Assembly (NCBI GenBank): GCA_965246885.1
Contig: OZ251992.1
Location: forward strand, 2,432,001 to 2,496,000
Direction: 5' to 3'
Source: Abditibacterium sp.
GTDB lineage: Bacteria > Armatimonadota > Abditibacteriia > Abditibacteriales > Abditibacteriaceae
Length of the DNA: 64,000 bases
Numbering within the stretch: position 1 is the stretch's first letter; the number at the start of each line of letters is the position of its first letter. This document shows, piece by piece, positions 9,504 through 19,068 of this stretch. Both the position numbers and the translations under genes were made by a program. Under the pieces are notes generated by a model. It worked only from the letters and a program-made list of their open reading frames with translations. It searched no databases and was not told the DNA's origin.

Positions 9504-10907
9504 TCACTTCGCCCCCTGCGCCGCAACGATGGCGGCGCGAGTTTTGGCGTAGTCGTCTTGGTGGAACTTGGCGACAACCGAATCCTTGGGAATGAGCGCG
9601 ATGGCGCGGTCTATATCGGTGAGAGCGACGGCGTAATTTTTCTGCGCCAATTCAATATCGGCGCGGATGGCGACGAGCGAATCGTCGGCGGGACTGAGCG
9701 CGATGAGCCGGTCCGCTTCGGCAAGGGCGCGTGCTTTGTCGGGCGAATTGCGCAGCGCCAGCAAGCGGGAGAACTGCAAATTGGCGGTGAGTTTGTCGTT
9801 GGGGTGGAGCGCGCACAGGTGGTCGTAATCGGCGAGCGCGTGGGGGGCGTCTTGCTTATACGAGTAGATGCCCGCGCGCAAAGTGAGCGCGTCGGTGTCG
9901 TCGGGGCGCCCCGCGAGGGCGTTGTTGAGGTCGAGGAGCGCGAGATCGCGTCGCCCATCGGAGTAGTCGGCATAGGCGGCAGCGCGCGCGGCGAGGGCGG
10001 AGAAGTTGTGCGGCGCGACTTTCAAAGCCGCCGTGTAAGCGTCCACGACGCCCTGATGGATGGCACTCTTTTGGGCGTCGGTCGAATACGTCGCGGCGTC
10101 GAGTTGGCGTTGCAAGTCGGCGCGGGCCAGCAGCAGTTCGAGGTTATTGGGCGAACGCTCCAGCGAATGAACGAGAAGCGCGATGCCCTTGCGGAGATTG
10201 CCCGTGCTGTCAAAGCCACTGTAGTTGCTCGCGTTGAAAATATCGGCGCGCGCGGCGAACGCGGGGTCGGCGGCAATAGCGGCGGCGAAGTCGGCGTCCG
10301 CTTGCGCCCATTCGGTGGGATATTCTTTGCGCGCATCTTCGACCGTGCCCCCGAAATTGCTTGCCGGATGCCGACGGATGCCCGCCACGCCGCGCCCGAA
10401 CAAACTGGCGGCATCGGTTGGGCGCGCCCGAACGAGCAAGTCCCACGCGCGAAACGGCCCGGCCCAACGCGGCCCCGCGAATTTGACGGCGTCGCTCGCG
10501 GCTTGGGCTTGCGCTTTGAGTTCGGCGAAACCCGCATCCGACAAGCGCAAGAAAGCGACTTCATCGGTGTCGGCCTCGCCAACGTAGCCCCTTTTTCCAT
10601 ACATCGCGGCGCGCAACCGGAGGGCGTCGGCGTTCTTGGGCTGAAGTTCGAGCAAGTGCGACAGCGTTTTGATGGCGCCCGCGAAGTCTTCTTTCTGGGC
10701 GCTCACGATGGAGCGCGCAGTCAGGAATTGGATGTTATCCGGCTCCAATGCGAGGGCGGCGTCGAGTTCAGTCGCGGCTTTGTCGAAGTCGCGGGCATTG
10801 GCGGCGGTTTGCGCGGCCTGAAAGTGCGTGGCGCCATCGGCAGCAAAGGCCAACGGGCAAAGCGCGAAAGTCGCGGCGAGGGCGAAGGAGCAGGCGAGGC
10901 GGATCAT
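9504..10907 (-). CDS. Exported tetratricopeptide-repeat protein
   Basis: Signal peptide; repeated A..D...AL.L.P TPR helices. Confidence 0.85.
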   Translation of the reverse strand: MIRLACSFALAATFALCPLAFAADGATHFQAAQTAANARDFDKAATELDAALALEPDNIQFLTARSIVSAQKEDFAGAIKTLSHLLELQPKNADALRLRAAMYGKRGYVGEADTDEVAFLRLSDAGFAELKAQAQAASDAVKFAGPRWAGPFRAWDLLVRARPTDAASLFGRGVAGIRRHPASNFGGTVEDARKEYPTEWAQADADFAAAIAADPAFAARADIFNASNYSGFDSTGNLRKGIALLVHSLERSPNNLELLLARADLQRQLDAATYSTDAQKSAIHQGVVDAYTAALKVAPHNFSALAARAAAYADYSDGRRDLALLDLNNALAGRPDDTDALTLRAGIYSYKQDAPHALADYDHLCALHPNDKLTANLQFSRLLALRNSPDKARALAEADRLIALSPADDSLVAIRADIELAQKNYAVALTDIDRAIALIPKDSVVAKFHQDDYAKTRAAIVAAQGAK

Positions 10908-10940
10908 TGCGAGTATTTTGACAGAAATTGGCCAGCCGAC

Positions 10941-11861
10941 TCAGGCAGGCACTTCCGCCGAACTGCGCAACTCCCCCAATCCCTCCAAGTCGCTCCAATG
11001 GTGTTTGGATTTCCATCCTAACAGTTCACCTGCGCGCCGCGAGTCCCAGCCGCCATGCGCTGGGTCGTAACCATCCGCGACGGCGGCATCGAACGACGGG
11101 AGCATGGCCGGGTAATGCCGCTCCAACAGGGCGCGGTAGGGCCACGCCGACCAGTAATCTTGCGCGGCGAGGGTGACGACGTGCGCGCCGGACTCGACGC
11201 GCTCCAACGCCAAACGGAACGCGCGCGCGGCGTCGCGGCGCTCGACGTAGCCCCACAAGTCGCGGCTTTTCCACTCGCCGCGCTCCAAACTGCGCCGCAG
11301 CCAAGGATGAATCTCTTCGAGCGAGTGAACGGCGCACAAGCGCAGGCACACACTGGCGATGCCACAACGCCGGTTATACATGGCGGCGGTCGCCTCGTTG
11401 CACCCTTTGGAAAGCCCATACAGGTCGCGGTTTTCGATGGGATGGTCTTCGGTGATGGGCAAAAAGCGCGGGCCGATGACTTCTTCGCCAAAGGGCACAT
11501 TCTGAAAAGCGAAACCGAAGATGGAGCAACTCGACGCGAGCGCGACGCGGCGCACGTCATATGCCTCACACGCCGCGAACACCAGTTGCGTGCCCAAAAC
11601 GTTGGGCGCGAACAGCGAGAGGTCGTTGCCATGCACCGGGTTGGGAATAGCCGCAAGGTGCGCGACGGCTTCAACGCCCTCGACCGCGCGTAGCACCGCG
11701 TAGCGGTCGGTCAGGTCGCCCAAGTGCATTTCGCACCGCTCGCGCAAGTCGCGCGGTAGGGGCGCTCGGTCAAAAGCGCGGATTTCGTGCCCCGCGTCCA
11801 GCAGTTCCCGCGCAACGGCCCCGCCCACTCCCCCGGCGGCGCCGGTTACTAAAATTTTCAT
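10941..11861 (-). CDS. NAD-dependent epimerase/dehydratase
   Basis: VTGAAGGVG, HLAA, YGLSK. Confidence 0.9.
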   Translation of the reverse strand: MKILVTGAAGGVGGAVARELLDAGHEIRAFDRAPLPRDLRERCEMHLGDLTDRYAVLRAVEGVEAVAHLAAIPNPVHGNDLSLFAPNVLGTQLVFAACEAYDVRRVALASSCSIFGFAFQNVPFGEEVIGPRFLPITEDHPIENRDLYGLSKGCNEATAAMYNRRCGIASVCLRLCAVHSLEEIHPWLRRSLERGEWKSRDLWGYVERRDAARAFRLALERVESGAHVVTLAAQDYWSAWPYRALLERHYPAMLPSFDAAVADGYDPAHGGWDSRRAGELLGWKSKHHWSDLEGLGELRSSAEVPA

Positions 11862-11877
11862 GGCGCTTTGGTTTACA

Positions 11878-11991
11878 TGCCCGGCGACTGAAGTCGCGGC
11901 AACTCACGGCAAAGCCTCCCTGCGGAGGCTGGAAGTGCAGTCGGCGAAGGCCGACTTTGCCGTGAGTTGCCGCGACTTCAGTCGCCGGGCA
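11878..11991. repeat. REPIN/MITE-like palindromic element, copy 2 (inverted relative to copy 1)
   Basis: Perfect 37-bp terminal IRs (11878-11914 / 11955-11991) enclosing two 7-bp-stem hairpins. Confidence 0.9.
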
Positions 11992-12003
11992 AAGGGGGCA
12001 TGG

Positions 12004-13356
12004 CTACTCCTCGCGCGGCGGCGAGCCGCGAAAGGCGTCCTTTTGCGCGACTGCCGGAAGCGAAACGGCCCGCCCTTCGCGCGCCGAGCGGTAAATGGCT
12101 TCCATGATGCGGTGGTCTTGCAAGCCTTCTTCGCCGGGGGTGTAAGGGCGCTTGCCCTCAATGACGCACTCGGCCATGTGATCCATTTCGAGCGCGAACT
12201 GGTTCTTTTCTTCCATGCTGACTTCCTCGCGGCGCTCGATGCGCCCCTGCGCGAAGGAGGTCTGCATCTTGAGGCCAGAGTAGGAAAACGCCGGGTCAAG
12301 GCCGAAGGTGCCGCGCTCCTGTAACACGCGGTAGCGGCGTGTTTCGTGGTGGCCGTAGCCAGTCACGCAGTTCGCTTGCACGCCCGATGGAAAGCGCATT
12401 TGCCACAAACAGTTCTCCTCGACTTCGCGGAAGCGCGGGTCGCCGGGCGTAGAATACGTCGAGGCCATCACTTCCACCGGCTCTTCGCCGAGCAGAAAGC
12501 GCGAGGTGTTGAGGCAATACAAGCCGACATCGGGGAGCGAGCCGCCGCCCGCGAGCGCGCGCTTTTGGCGCCACTGGTTCGGGTCGCCTTGGTTTTGGCC
12601 ATTGACGGCTTCGATAATCTTGGTCTGGCCGAACGCCGCTTCGCGCACCATGCGTTGCGCCAAGCGGTTGTGCGGCTCGTATTGGATGCGGTAAGCGATC
12701 ATCAGCAGCCGATTGGCGGCGGCGCTCGCGGCGACCATGCGCGCCGCCGACTCGGAACTGACCGACATCGGCTTTTCGCACAGGACGTGCTTTCCGGCGC
12801 GCGTGGCGCGCACGGTGTATTCCTCGTGCAGAGCATTGGGAAGCACGACATACACCACGTCCACCGTCGGGTCGTCGCGCAAGCGGTCGAAGCCCGCGTA
12901 GGAGTAGACGTGATTGGCGCCAATTCCATACTCTGCCGCAAGGGTACGGGCTTTGTCCGGCTTGCCCGACACCAGCGCGGCGAGCTTCGCCTTTTTGCAG
13001 TTGCCGAAAGCGGGCAGGATTTGGCGAATCGAAAGCTCGCCCAACCCGACGACGGCGAAGCCGACGCGTTGCGCGGGCGGAAGCGGTTGCGGCGGCGGGC
13101 CGGATTGCCGCTCGGTCGGCGCGTTTTGATTGGGCACGCGGAGGGGCGGCTGGGGCTGGGCCGGTTGGCGCGCGGGGTTGCCCGACGCGGGTGCAGGCAA
13201 GCGCGGTTGGGCATTGGCGAGGGAGGACAGCCCCGTCGCGGTGGTCGCGGCAGCAGCCGCAGCGATGAACGCGCGGCGGGAAGTCTTAGCGTCGTTGGGC
13301 GCGGGGGCGGAGGGAACATCCGCGTCGGGGCTGGAGTCGAAATGCTGGTCTTGCAT
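12004..13356 (-). CDS. Tat-exported Gfo/Idh/MocA oxidoreductase (glucose-fructose oxidoreductase-like)
   Basis: SRRAFI twin-arginine signal, VGLGEL, HVLCEKP, GGGSLPDVGLY. Confidence 0.9.
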   Translation of the reverse strand: MQDQHFDSSPDADVPSAPAPNDAKTSRRAFIAAAAAATTATGLSSLANAQPRLPAPASGNPARQPAQPQPPLRVPNQNAPTERQSGPPPQPLPPAQRVGFAVVGLGELSIRQILPAFGNCKKAKLAALVSGKPDKARTLAAEYGIGANHVYSYAGFDRLRDDPTVDVVYVVLPNALHEEYTVRATRAGKHVLCEKPMSVSSESAARMVAASAAANRLLMIAYRIQYEPHNRLAQRMVREAAFGQTKIIEAVNGQNQGDPNQWRQKRALAGGGSLPDVGLYCLNTSRFLLGEEPVEVMASTYSTPGDPRFREVEENCLWQMRFPSGVQANCVTGYGHHETRRYRVLQERGTFGLDPAFSYSGLKMQTSFAQGRIERREEVSMEEKNQFALEMDHMAECVIEGKRPYTPGEEGLQDHRIMEAIYRSAREGRAVSLPAVAQKDAFRGSPPREE

Positions 13357-13425
13357 AATCCCCGCGCGCCTTCGCAAGGGCCGCGCCAGAAACCCGCCCC
13401 GCCCGTACGGGTCATACAACTTCCA

Positions 13426-14169
13426 ATGAAATTCCACCGCTTCCTCGCACCCGCCGCCTTGCTTCTCGCCCTCGGAGGGGCGCGCAGTGCATGCGCACAA
13501 ATCGCCGCGCCGTATCCCCGCGTCTTCGCCGCGCCGTATCCCCGCGTCTTCGCCGGGGAGCGTGGCCAAACCCTGCTCAAAGTCGTGCCGGACAAGCACT
13601 CCATGACCGGCGCTACCGCCACGCTCACCCGCTTCAACACCGACGGCACGGAAGAGGTCTTATGGAACAAACCGCTCGTCAACCTCCCCGGCGGCGTGTT
13701 ACTATCCAACGACTACAACCCCTACCTCGTCACCACCGACTCGTGGGGCAACGCGGGCGGCGCACACGCGCTCGTCATTTACAACCCCAAAGGAGAAGTC
13801 GTCGCCGACCTCAAGGGCGACGACTTCCTGCCGCCCGTCGTCAAGCCGCCGCACAAGGCGGGCGAACCCTTCACCATCGTCATGGACGGCGGCGGGCGCC
13901 AATGGACGAACAACGCCGAACTTTCCTTCGAGCCGCGCTTCGATCCCACCACGCTCGTTGTGCAACTGTTCCATGGGAAACCAATACCCGTCGCCTTGCA
14001 AAACGGAAACACCAAGTCAGTGGGCGACTTGCGTCAGCGCGGCAACCAGATTCGCGTTGACATCAAAACGGGCGCCATCACACAGGTAACTCCAGAGCAA
14101 CTCGACGAAGAAGAAATGACGTCGCACATAACGCACTGGTTTTCGGTAGTGCCTGTTGGTTTCAAGTGA
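13426..14169 (+). CDS. Hypothetical exported protein
   Basis: Signal peptide MKFHRFLAPAALLLALGG; beta-rich body; in-frame 24-bp duplication. Confidence 0.7.
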   Translation: MKFHRFLAPAALLLALGGARSACAQIAAPYPRVFAAPYPRVFAGERGQTLLKVVPDKHSMTGATATLTRFNTDGTEEVLWNKPLVNLPGGVLLSNDYNPYLVTTDSWGNAGGAHALVIYNPKGEVVADLKGDDFLPPVVKPPHKAGEPFTIVMDGGGRQWTNNAELSFEPRFDPTTLVVQLFHGKPIPVALQNGNTKSVGDLRQRGNQIRVDIKTGAITQVTPEQLDEEEMTSHITHWFSVVPVGFK

Positions 14170-14229
14170 TAAAAAGGCGGGGCCAGACGCAATCCACCTG
14201 CGTCTTTGGCGGGCGCGTTTCTTACCCTT

Positions 14230-14811
14230 ATGGCTTTCACTCTCGAACTCGGCGACATGGCGCCCGACTTTGCCTTGCCCGCGACGGACGGCAAGAGCTA
14301 TTCCCTCGCCGATTTCGCCGCCGCGCCCGTGTTGGTTGTGGCATTCACCTGCAACCACTGCCCTTACGTCGTCAACTCCGAGGAGCGCATCCTCGCCTTT
14401 GACCGCGACTACGCCCCGCGCGGCGTCCGGTTGGTGTGCATCAACTCCAACGCCGAGACGACCTACGCCGATGACGATTTTCCGCACATGGTTGAGCGCG
14501 CGCGCGAACGCGGCTTTGCGTTTCCGTATCTGCGCGACGAATCGCAGGAGGTCGCCCTCGCGTATGGCGCGCTCCGCACGCCGCATTATTTCGTCTTCGA
14601 CGCGGAGCGGAAGCTGCGCTATACCGGCAGGATGGACGATCGCCCGCGTCACCCCGGCGAAGAAACCACGCGCGAACTGCGCGATGCTGTCGAGGACTTG
14701 CTCCAAGGGCGCGAGGTCGCGGTTCCGCTCACCAACCCCATCGGCTGCAACGTGAAATGGCGCGGCCAAGACAAGCACTGGATGCCTGCGCTCGCGTGCG
14801 ACTTGGTCTGA
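14230..14811 (+). CDS. Thioredoxin/AhpC-TSA family protein (PRX-like)
   Basis: [29 protein letters not shown]. Confidence 0.9.
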   Translation: MAFTLELGDMAPDFALPATDGKSYSLADFAAAPVLVVAFTCNHCPYVVNSEERILAFDRDYAPRGVRLVCINSNAETTYADDDFPHMVERARERGFAFPYLRDESQEVALAYGALRTPHYFVFDAERKLRYTGRMDDRPRHPGEETTRELRDAVEDLLQGREVAVPLTNPIGCNVKWRGQDKHWMPALACDLV

Positions 14812-14858
14812 AGCCGCCCCGACTGTGACAATTTGAGGGATAACCTCCCTCCGTGTTT

Positions 14859-14884
14859 GGAACTTTGCCAGCGTGCCTTGCGTT
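14859..14884 (+). promoter_or_regulatory. Candidate ECF-sigma promoter GGAAC-N17-CGTT
   Basis: ggaac tttgccagcgtgccttg cgtt upstream of the sigma-70 gene. Confidence 0.4.
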
Positions 14885-15006
14885 AGTTGTTAGGCGCGGC
14901 GCTAAGACTACCCAAAAACGAGCACGAGTGTTTCTAATACTTTACCCTCCCTTCCCCCGACCTATATGAAATTGCGCGCCCGCCAAGGAATGACACTCTG
15001 AAAAAA

Positions 15007-15894
15007 ATGAGCAAACAATACCCGACCGGACAGACCTCTCGTGGTGTGGAAGCGACCTCTTCCGCCCTACCCGACGCTGTGGCGGCTTGGGTGAAGATGG
15101 CCCAGAAAACGCCGCTTCTCACCGCCGCCGAAGAAAAAGAATTGGGCCGCCGCATCGCTAAAGGAGACGAACCCGCCTACAAACGCATGGTCGAGGCCAA
15201 CCTGCGCCTCGTCATCACGATGGCGCTCAAGCAACTGCACCAAGGGCACAATCACTCGCTCACTCTGGCCGACCTCATCCAAGAAGGGAACTTTGGCCTG
15301 ATGCGCGCCGCCCGCAAGTTCGATCCCGCGCTGGGCTACCGCTTTTCGACGTACGCTTCGTTCTGGATTCGCCAAGCCATGAGCCGCGCCATCGCCGACC
15401 AAGCGAAGATGGTGCGCGTCCCCGCGCATATCGCGGAACTGACCAAGACCGCTTATCGTACCATCGCCACGCTTGTGCAATCGTTGGGGCGCCAACCGAC
15501 CGTCGAAGAACTCGCCGAGAAGCTGCAAGTCACCAAAGAAACCGCCGAACTGGTTCTCAAGAACATGGCGGAAACCTTCTCGCTCGACGACGAGATCGGC
15601 GACAGTGGCGACGGCGAGGATTTCGTGGATATGCTGCGCGACGTGGATGCCATTGTCCCCGAAGAAGCCGCCGAAACCGCCATCCTGCGCGAGGAAGTGC
15701 GCCGCGCCTTGGACGAACTGACCGAGCGGGAGCGCGAAGTCGTCAACATGCGCTACGGACTTTCTGGCGGACGCGCGCACACTCTGCAAGAACTGGGCGC
15801 CTACTTCAAAGTTTCGCGCGAGCGCGTGCGCCAAATCGAAGGGCAGGCGCTGCGCAAGCTGCGCAAGGGCGGCCTGAGCGAAGCGGTCAACTAA
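15007..15894 (+). CDS. Sigma-70 family RNA polymerase sigma factor (group-2-like, no region 1.1)
   Basis: ANLRLV, DLIQEGNFGL, RFSTYASFWIRQA, region 4.2 VSRERVRQIE. Confidence 0.92.
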   Translation: MSKQYPTGQTSRGVEATSSALPDAVAAWVKMAQKTPLLTAAEEKELGRRIAKGDEPAYKRMVEANLRLVITMALKQLHQGHNHSLTLADLIQEGNFGLMRAARKFDPALGYRFSTYASFWIRQAMSRAIADQAKMVRVPAHIAELTKTAYRTIATLVQSLGRQPTVEELAEKLQVTKETAELVLKNMAETFSLDDEIGDSGDGEDFVDMLRDVDAIVPEEAAETAILREEVRRALDELTEREREVVNMRYGLSGGRAHTLQELGAYFKVSRERVRQIEGQALRKLRKGGLSEAVN

Positions 15895-15917
15895 ACAACT
15901 CCATAAACCACCCATCG

Positions 15918-15944
15918 GCCCGCGAACTCGATTCGCGGGCTTTT
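15918..15944 (+). terminator. Rho-independent terminator
   Basis: gcccgcgaa-ctcga-ttcgcgggc followed by tttt. Confidence 0.8.
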
Positions 15945-16003
15945 CGTTTGGAAAGAGCCATGCCTCAAGAGCCGGAAACTGATTTGCAGAAGCAGTGAGT
16001 TCT

Positions 16004-16903
16004 ATGGGAATCCAACTCAAACCCTTAAACGAACAGGTCGTTGTGCTCACGGGCGCAACCAGCGGCATTGGACTGGCAACGGCGCACTCGCTCGCCAAAG
16101 CCGGAGCCAAGGTAGTGCTCGTGGCGCGCAACGCGCAGGCGCTACAAAAGGTCGCCGACGAGATTAGCGCCAATGGCGGACAAGTCGCCTACGTCGCCGC
16201 CGATGTCGCCGACAAAAGCGCGCTCGCGGGCGCGGCGCAAACGGCCTTAGATACTTTCGGGCGCATTGACACGTGGATTAACGACGCGGGTCTGGGCATG
16301 ATTGGGCGCTTGCAAGACGGCTCCGACGAAGACCACCGCCGCTTGTTCGAGACGAACTTCTGGGGTCTTGTTTACGGCTCTCTCATCGCCTTGCCACATT
16401 TAAAACACAACGGCGGCGCCCTCATCAACGTGGGCAGCGAAGTCTCCGAAGCCGTCATCCCCCTCCAAGGAATGTATGCGACCACCAAACACGCCGTCAA
16501 GGGCTTCACCGACGCCCTGCGCGTGGAGTTACAAGTCGAGGAAGCGCCCGTCTCCGTCACGCTGATTCAGCCCACTGCCGTTGACACGCCCTTCCCGCAG
16601 CACGCGCGCAACATCACCGACCAAGAGCCAAAGCTCCCCGACCCGATGATCGAGGCCCAGCAGGTCGCCGATGCCATCTTGCACGCTTGCGCCAACCCCG
16701 ACCGCGACGTGAAAGTGGGCGCCATGTCGGTGATGAACACCTTTATGCACAACTTCCTGCCCAAGGTGGGCGAGAAAATGGCGACTGCCCAACAAGACCG
16801 CCAGCACTACGACGAGCCGCCCCGCGACCCTCAAGGTTCCCTCTACTCTCCCGCCGCCGACGGCGACGGGCAGGTAAAGGGGTCGGGCGGTGTGCAAAAA
16901 TAA
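16004..16903 (+). CDS. SDR family oxidoreductase
   Basis: TGATSGIG, NDAG, YATTK. Confidence 0.92.
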   Translation: MGIQLKPLNEQVVVLTGATSGIGLATAHSLAKAGAKVVLVARNAQALQKVADEISANGGQVAYVAADVADKSALAGAAQTALDTFGRIDTWINDAGLGMIGRLQDGSDEDHRRLFETNFWGLVYGSLIALPHLKHNGGALINVGSEVSEAVIPLQGMYATTKHAVKGFTDALRVELQVEEAPVSVTLIQPTAVDTPFPQHARNITDQEPKLPDPMIEAQQVADAILHACANPDRDVKVGAMSVMNTFMHNFLPKVGEKMATAQQDRQHYDEPPRDPQGSLYSPAADGDGQVKGSGGVQK

Positions 16904-16954
16904 AGGCTCGTTGGGGCACAACCATTCGAGGCGGCGCCAAACGAAGAAACAGCA

Positions 16955-17259
16955 ATGAAGAAGTGCCCGTTGTGTGGTTACGTGATGGAAGCCTTTGACC
17001 GCGAGTGTTTGCGCTGCAAAGGTAGGGGCGTCGCAGTTCCGGCACAGTCCACCCCTGCTCCGGGGGCGCCCACCCCCGCCCCACGCCACTCAACAGACTC
17101 ATTTCATCCGCCGCTCCCGCGCCACCACTTGGCCCCACTGGGGCGCCGCCTTTTTTTCTGGCCGCCCTCGAAAACACCTTTGGCAAGCCCAAACTGTCCC
17201 GCTTTTACGCCGATGCCGACGTGCTGCTGTTCATTTTCTCTGGGCCATATCACGCAGGA
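16955..17259 (+). pseudogene. 5' part of an IS-interrupted zinc-ribbon/membrane protein gene (also frameshifted near 17080)
   Basis: CPLC...CLRC N-terminus; an alternative frame reading ...FLAALENTFGKPKLSRFYADADVLLFIFSGPYHAG joins MKHGIK (18556) in frame when the IS is removed. Confidence 0.6.
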
Positions 17260-17400
17260 GTCAACTACCCCTTAGCAAGCTAAGGGGCTTGTCCCTAATC
17301 CATCAGGATTGAGACATTAGGGCCGTTGACACGGCCCCGCTACCCTCAGATTTACCGAGAGTAGCAAGGTATTTGAAACCTATATTTCTGCTGGCGTTTA
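17240..17400 (-). ncRNA. Putative TnpB omega/reRNA (scaffold over tnpB 3' end and RE; guide from flank about 17240-17259)
   Basis: Hairpin carrying GUCAAC (17325-17330) complementary to the terminal GUUGAC (pseudoknot); RE hairpin; 5' boundary approximate. Confidence 0.6.
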
Positions 17401-18555
17401 GGTCAGCGTTCAATTCAAAGTGACATTCACGGCAATGGAAAACAGATTGAGACTTGCGATTACCCCGATGCTTGTAGCCACAGTGCGAGCAGGTTTGGCT
17501 AGTGTGGCGGGGGTCTACCCCGACCACGCGGCACGCTTTCTCCGCGCCCTTGTATTCCAGCATCGCACGCAAACGAGCAAAGCTCCATTGGTGCATCTGC
17601 CGTTTCAAGGAAGTGCCCTTGCGGGCCTTCGTCCGTTGTCGAATCTCCGTCAAGTTCTCAACCACTATCACACTGCCAAAACCCACACTTTGAACGATAC
17701 GACGCGACACCACATGGTCACAGTCAGAGCGAAAACGGGTCAGGCGACGGCGAAGCTGTTTCAAGTGACGCTTGGCGCTTTTTGTTCCTTTGCTCTGCAA
17801 GCTGCGCTTGAGCTTGAAGTATCGGCGTTCAATGTTCTTCCAACGTTTCTCGCCGAAGAACCGATTATTGGACGCGACGGCGGGCCGCGTGATACCAAAG
17901 TCAACGCCCACAACTTCCCCGCCACTCGCGGCTTCCGGTTCTTCGAGCGTGACTACCAAATGCAAAAACCACTTTCCCTTGCGATACACAAGGTCGGCGC
18001 TGTCAAAGCCCGTCGACTTGTCCATCGCTTCACGCGCATGGTCATACAGGCCAAACGCGACCTTCTGGCGCCCGTCAACCGTCGCCAGAGACACGATACC
18101 ATCCGCGCAAATCACGCGGTAGCTTCTGGCATCGTAGCGAATCGGGCAACTCTTGGACTGCGGGCCAGACACCTTTTTGCCCTTTTTCGCAAGCGCCATT
18201 GCCGAGACTACCGCCTCGGTTGCCTTGACGCGAGACGCGCAAACCAACTGCGAAGGCAGAAGAGGGAAACGCTCTCGAAGCGCGGCATAGGTGTCTTTAT
18301 GCAATTGCACGCCGTTCTTGATTTGCTCCTCCCAACCGTGAGACGCCACCGCGTTGAAGCACTCCGTGTGCTGGCGAAGTGTTTCGCCAAGCAAAGCAGA
18401 TTGCTCTTTCGTCGGTCTCAACTCCAAGCGGATAGTGCGTTGCATTTCTCATATGCCAGACGTTTTGGTGAATCGCTACGTTCCAAAGTCGTCGTCCCGA
18501 CGACACTTTTTATCCTCCCCTCAGACAAGCTGAGAGGTTTCCAAAAAGTATTTTT
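17260..18555 (-). mobile_element. IS200/IS605-family element, tnpB only (IS1341-like)
   Basis: Related subterminal hairpins at RE (ccccttagcttgctaagggg) and LE (cctctcagcttgtctgagggg); RE ends GTTGAC; LE preceded by TCAT; no tnpA. Confidence 0.85.
17303..18445 (-). CDS. tnpB: RNA-guided endonuclease TnpB
   Basis: RuvC-I GVDFG, RuvC-II VVENL, Zn finger TSQTCSHCG...CREC, RuvC-III NADLNAS. Confidence 0.95.
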   Translation of the reverse strand: MQRTIRLELRPTKEQSALLGETLRQHTECFNAVASHGWEEQIKNGVQLHKDTYAALRERFPLLPSQLVCASRVKATEAVVSAMALAKKGKKVSGPQSKSCPIRYDARSYRVICADGIVSLATVDGRQKVAFGLYDHAREAMDKSTGFDSADLVYRKGKWFLHLVVTLEEPEAASGGEVVGVDFGITRPAVASNNRFFGEKRWKNIERRYFKLKRSLQSKGTKSAKRHLKQLRRRLTRFRSDCDHVVSRRIVQSVGFGSVIVVENLTEIRQRTKARKGTSLKRQMHQWSFARLRAMLEYKGAEKACRVVGVDPRHTSQTCSHCGYKHRGNRKSQSVFHCRECHFELNADLNASRNIGFKYLATLGKSEGSGAVSTALMSQS

Positions 18556-19047
18556 ATGAAACATGGCATTAAGCGCAAACGGGGAGAAGCATCGGGCGTA
18601 GGCTCACGCACAGTTCAAGCGATGGGGCGCGGGGCCATTGCTGGCGCGCGAGTGGGCGGCTTGGTGGGCATGTCCGTTGGCGGCGGCCTTGCCTTAATCG
18701 GGGGAGCGCTTGTGGCGGCGGACTATTTGCGTGCCCAAAAGGAGCGCGACAAATGCGAGAATGTCTTGGACAATCCGACGCTGGCCTACCTGCGCCACGA
18801 AGCCCAAAACGGGAAGCACTGCTCTCGCATCGAACGCGGCAACACGAGAGGGGTGAAACTGCGTCCGTCGTCAAAGGGTTTCTTCTCGAACGACGGAGCC
18901 GACATCGCCGGATATTTGCAGTTCGCGCACGCCCCACAGGGCAAGTGGAAACTAAAACTCATCACCTTGCCCGACGCTTACGATGCCCTTATGGATTTCC
19001 GCCGCGTCGTGGGCGCCGACCAAGTGGAGTCGCAGTTTCCGTTCTGA
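18556..19047 (+). pseudogene. 3' part of the IS-interrupted gene (Gly-rich TM segment); may still be translated from ATG 18556
   Basis: ORF begins exactly at the IS left junction (ATGA = TCAT on the minus strand). Confidence 0.6.
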
Positions 19048-19068
19048 CGGCGCGGCGGGGGAGAGGCT

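Noticed and set aside
9558..11021. 487-aa plus-strand ORF and similar long antisense ORFs (17420-18559, 29207-30586, 46131-47465)
   Set aside because: High-GC shadow frames opposite well-supported genes, with no recognisable motifs
12346..13425. N-terminal 360 aa of the 607-aa plus-strand ORF
   Set aside because: Antisense to the Gfo/Idh/MocA gene; the real gene starts at the signal peptide at 13426
17303..18445. Cas12f/type V CRISPR effector
   Set aside because: No array or cas genes; IS200/IS605 ends and a reRNA signature identify it as TnpB
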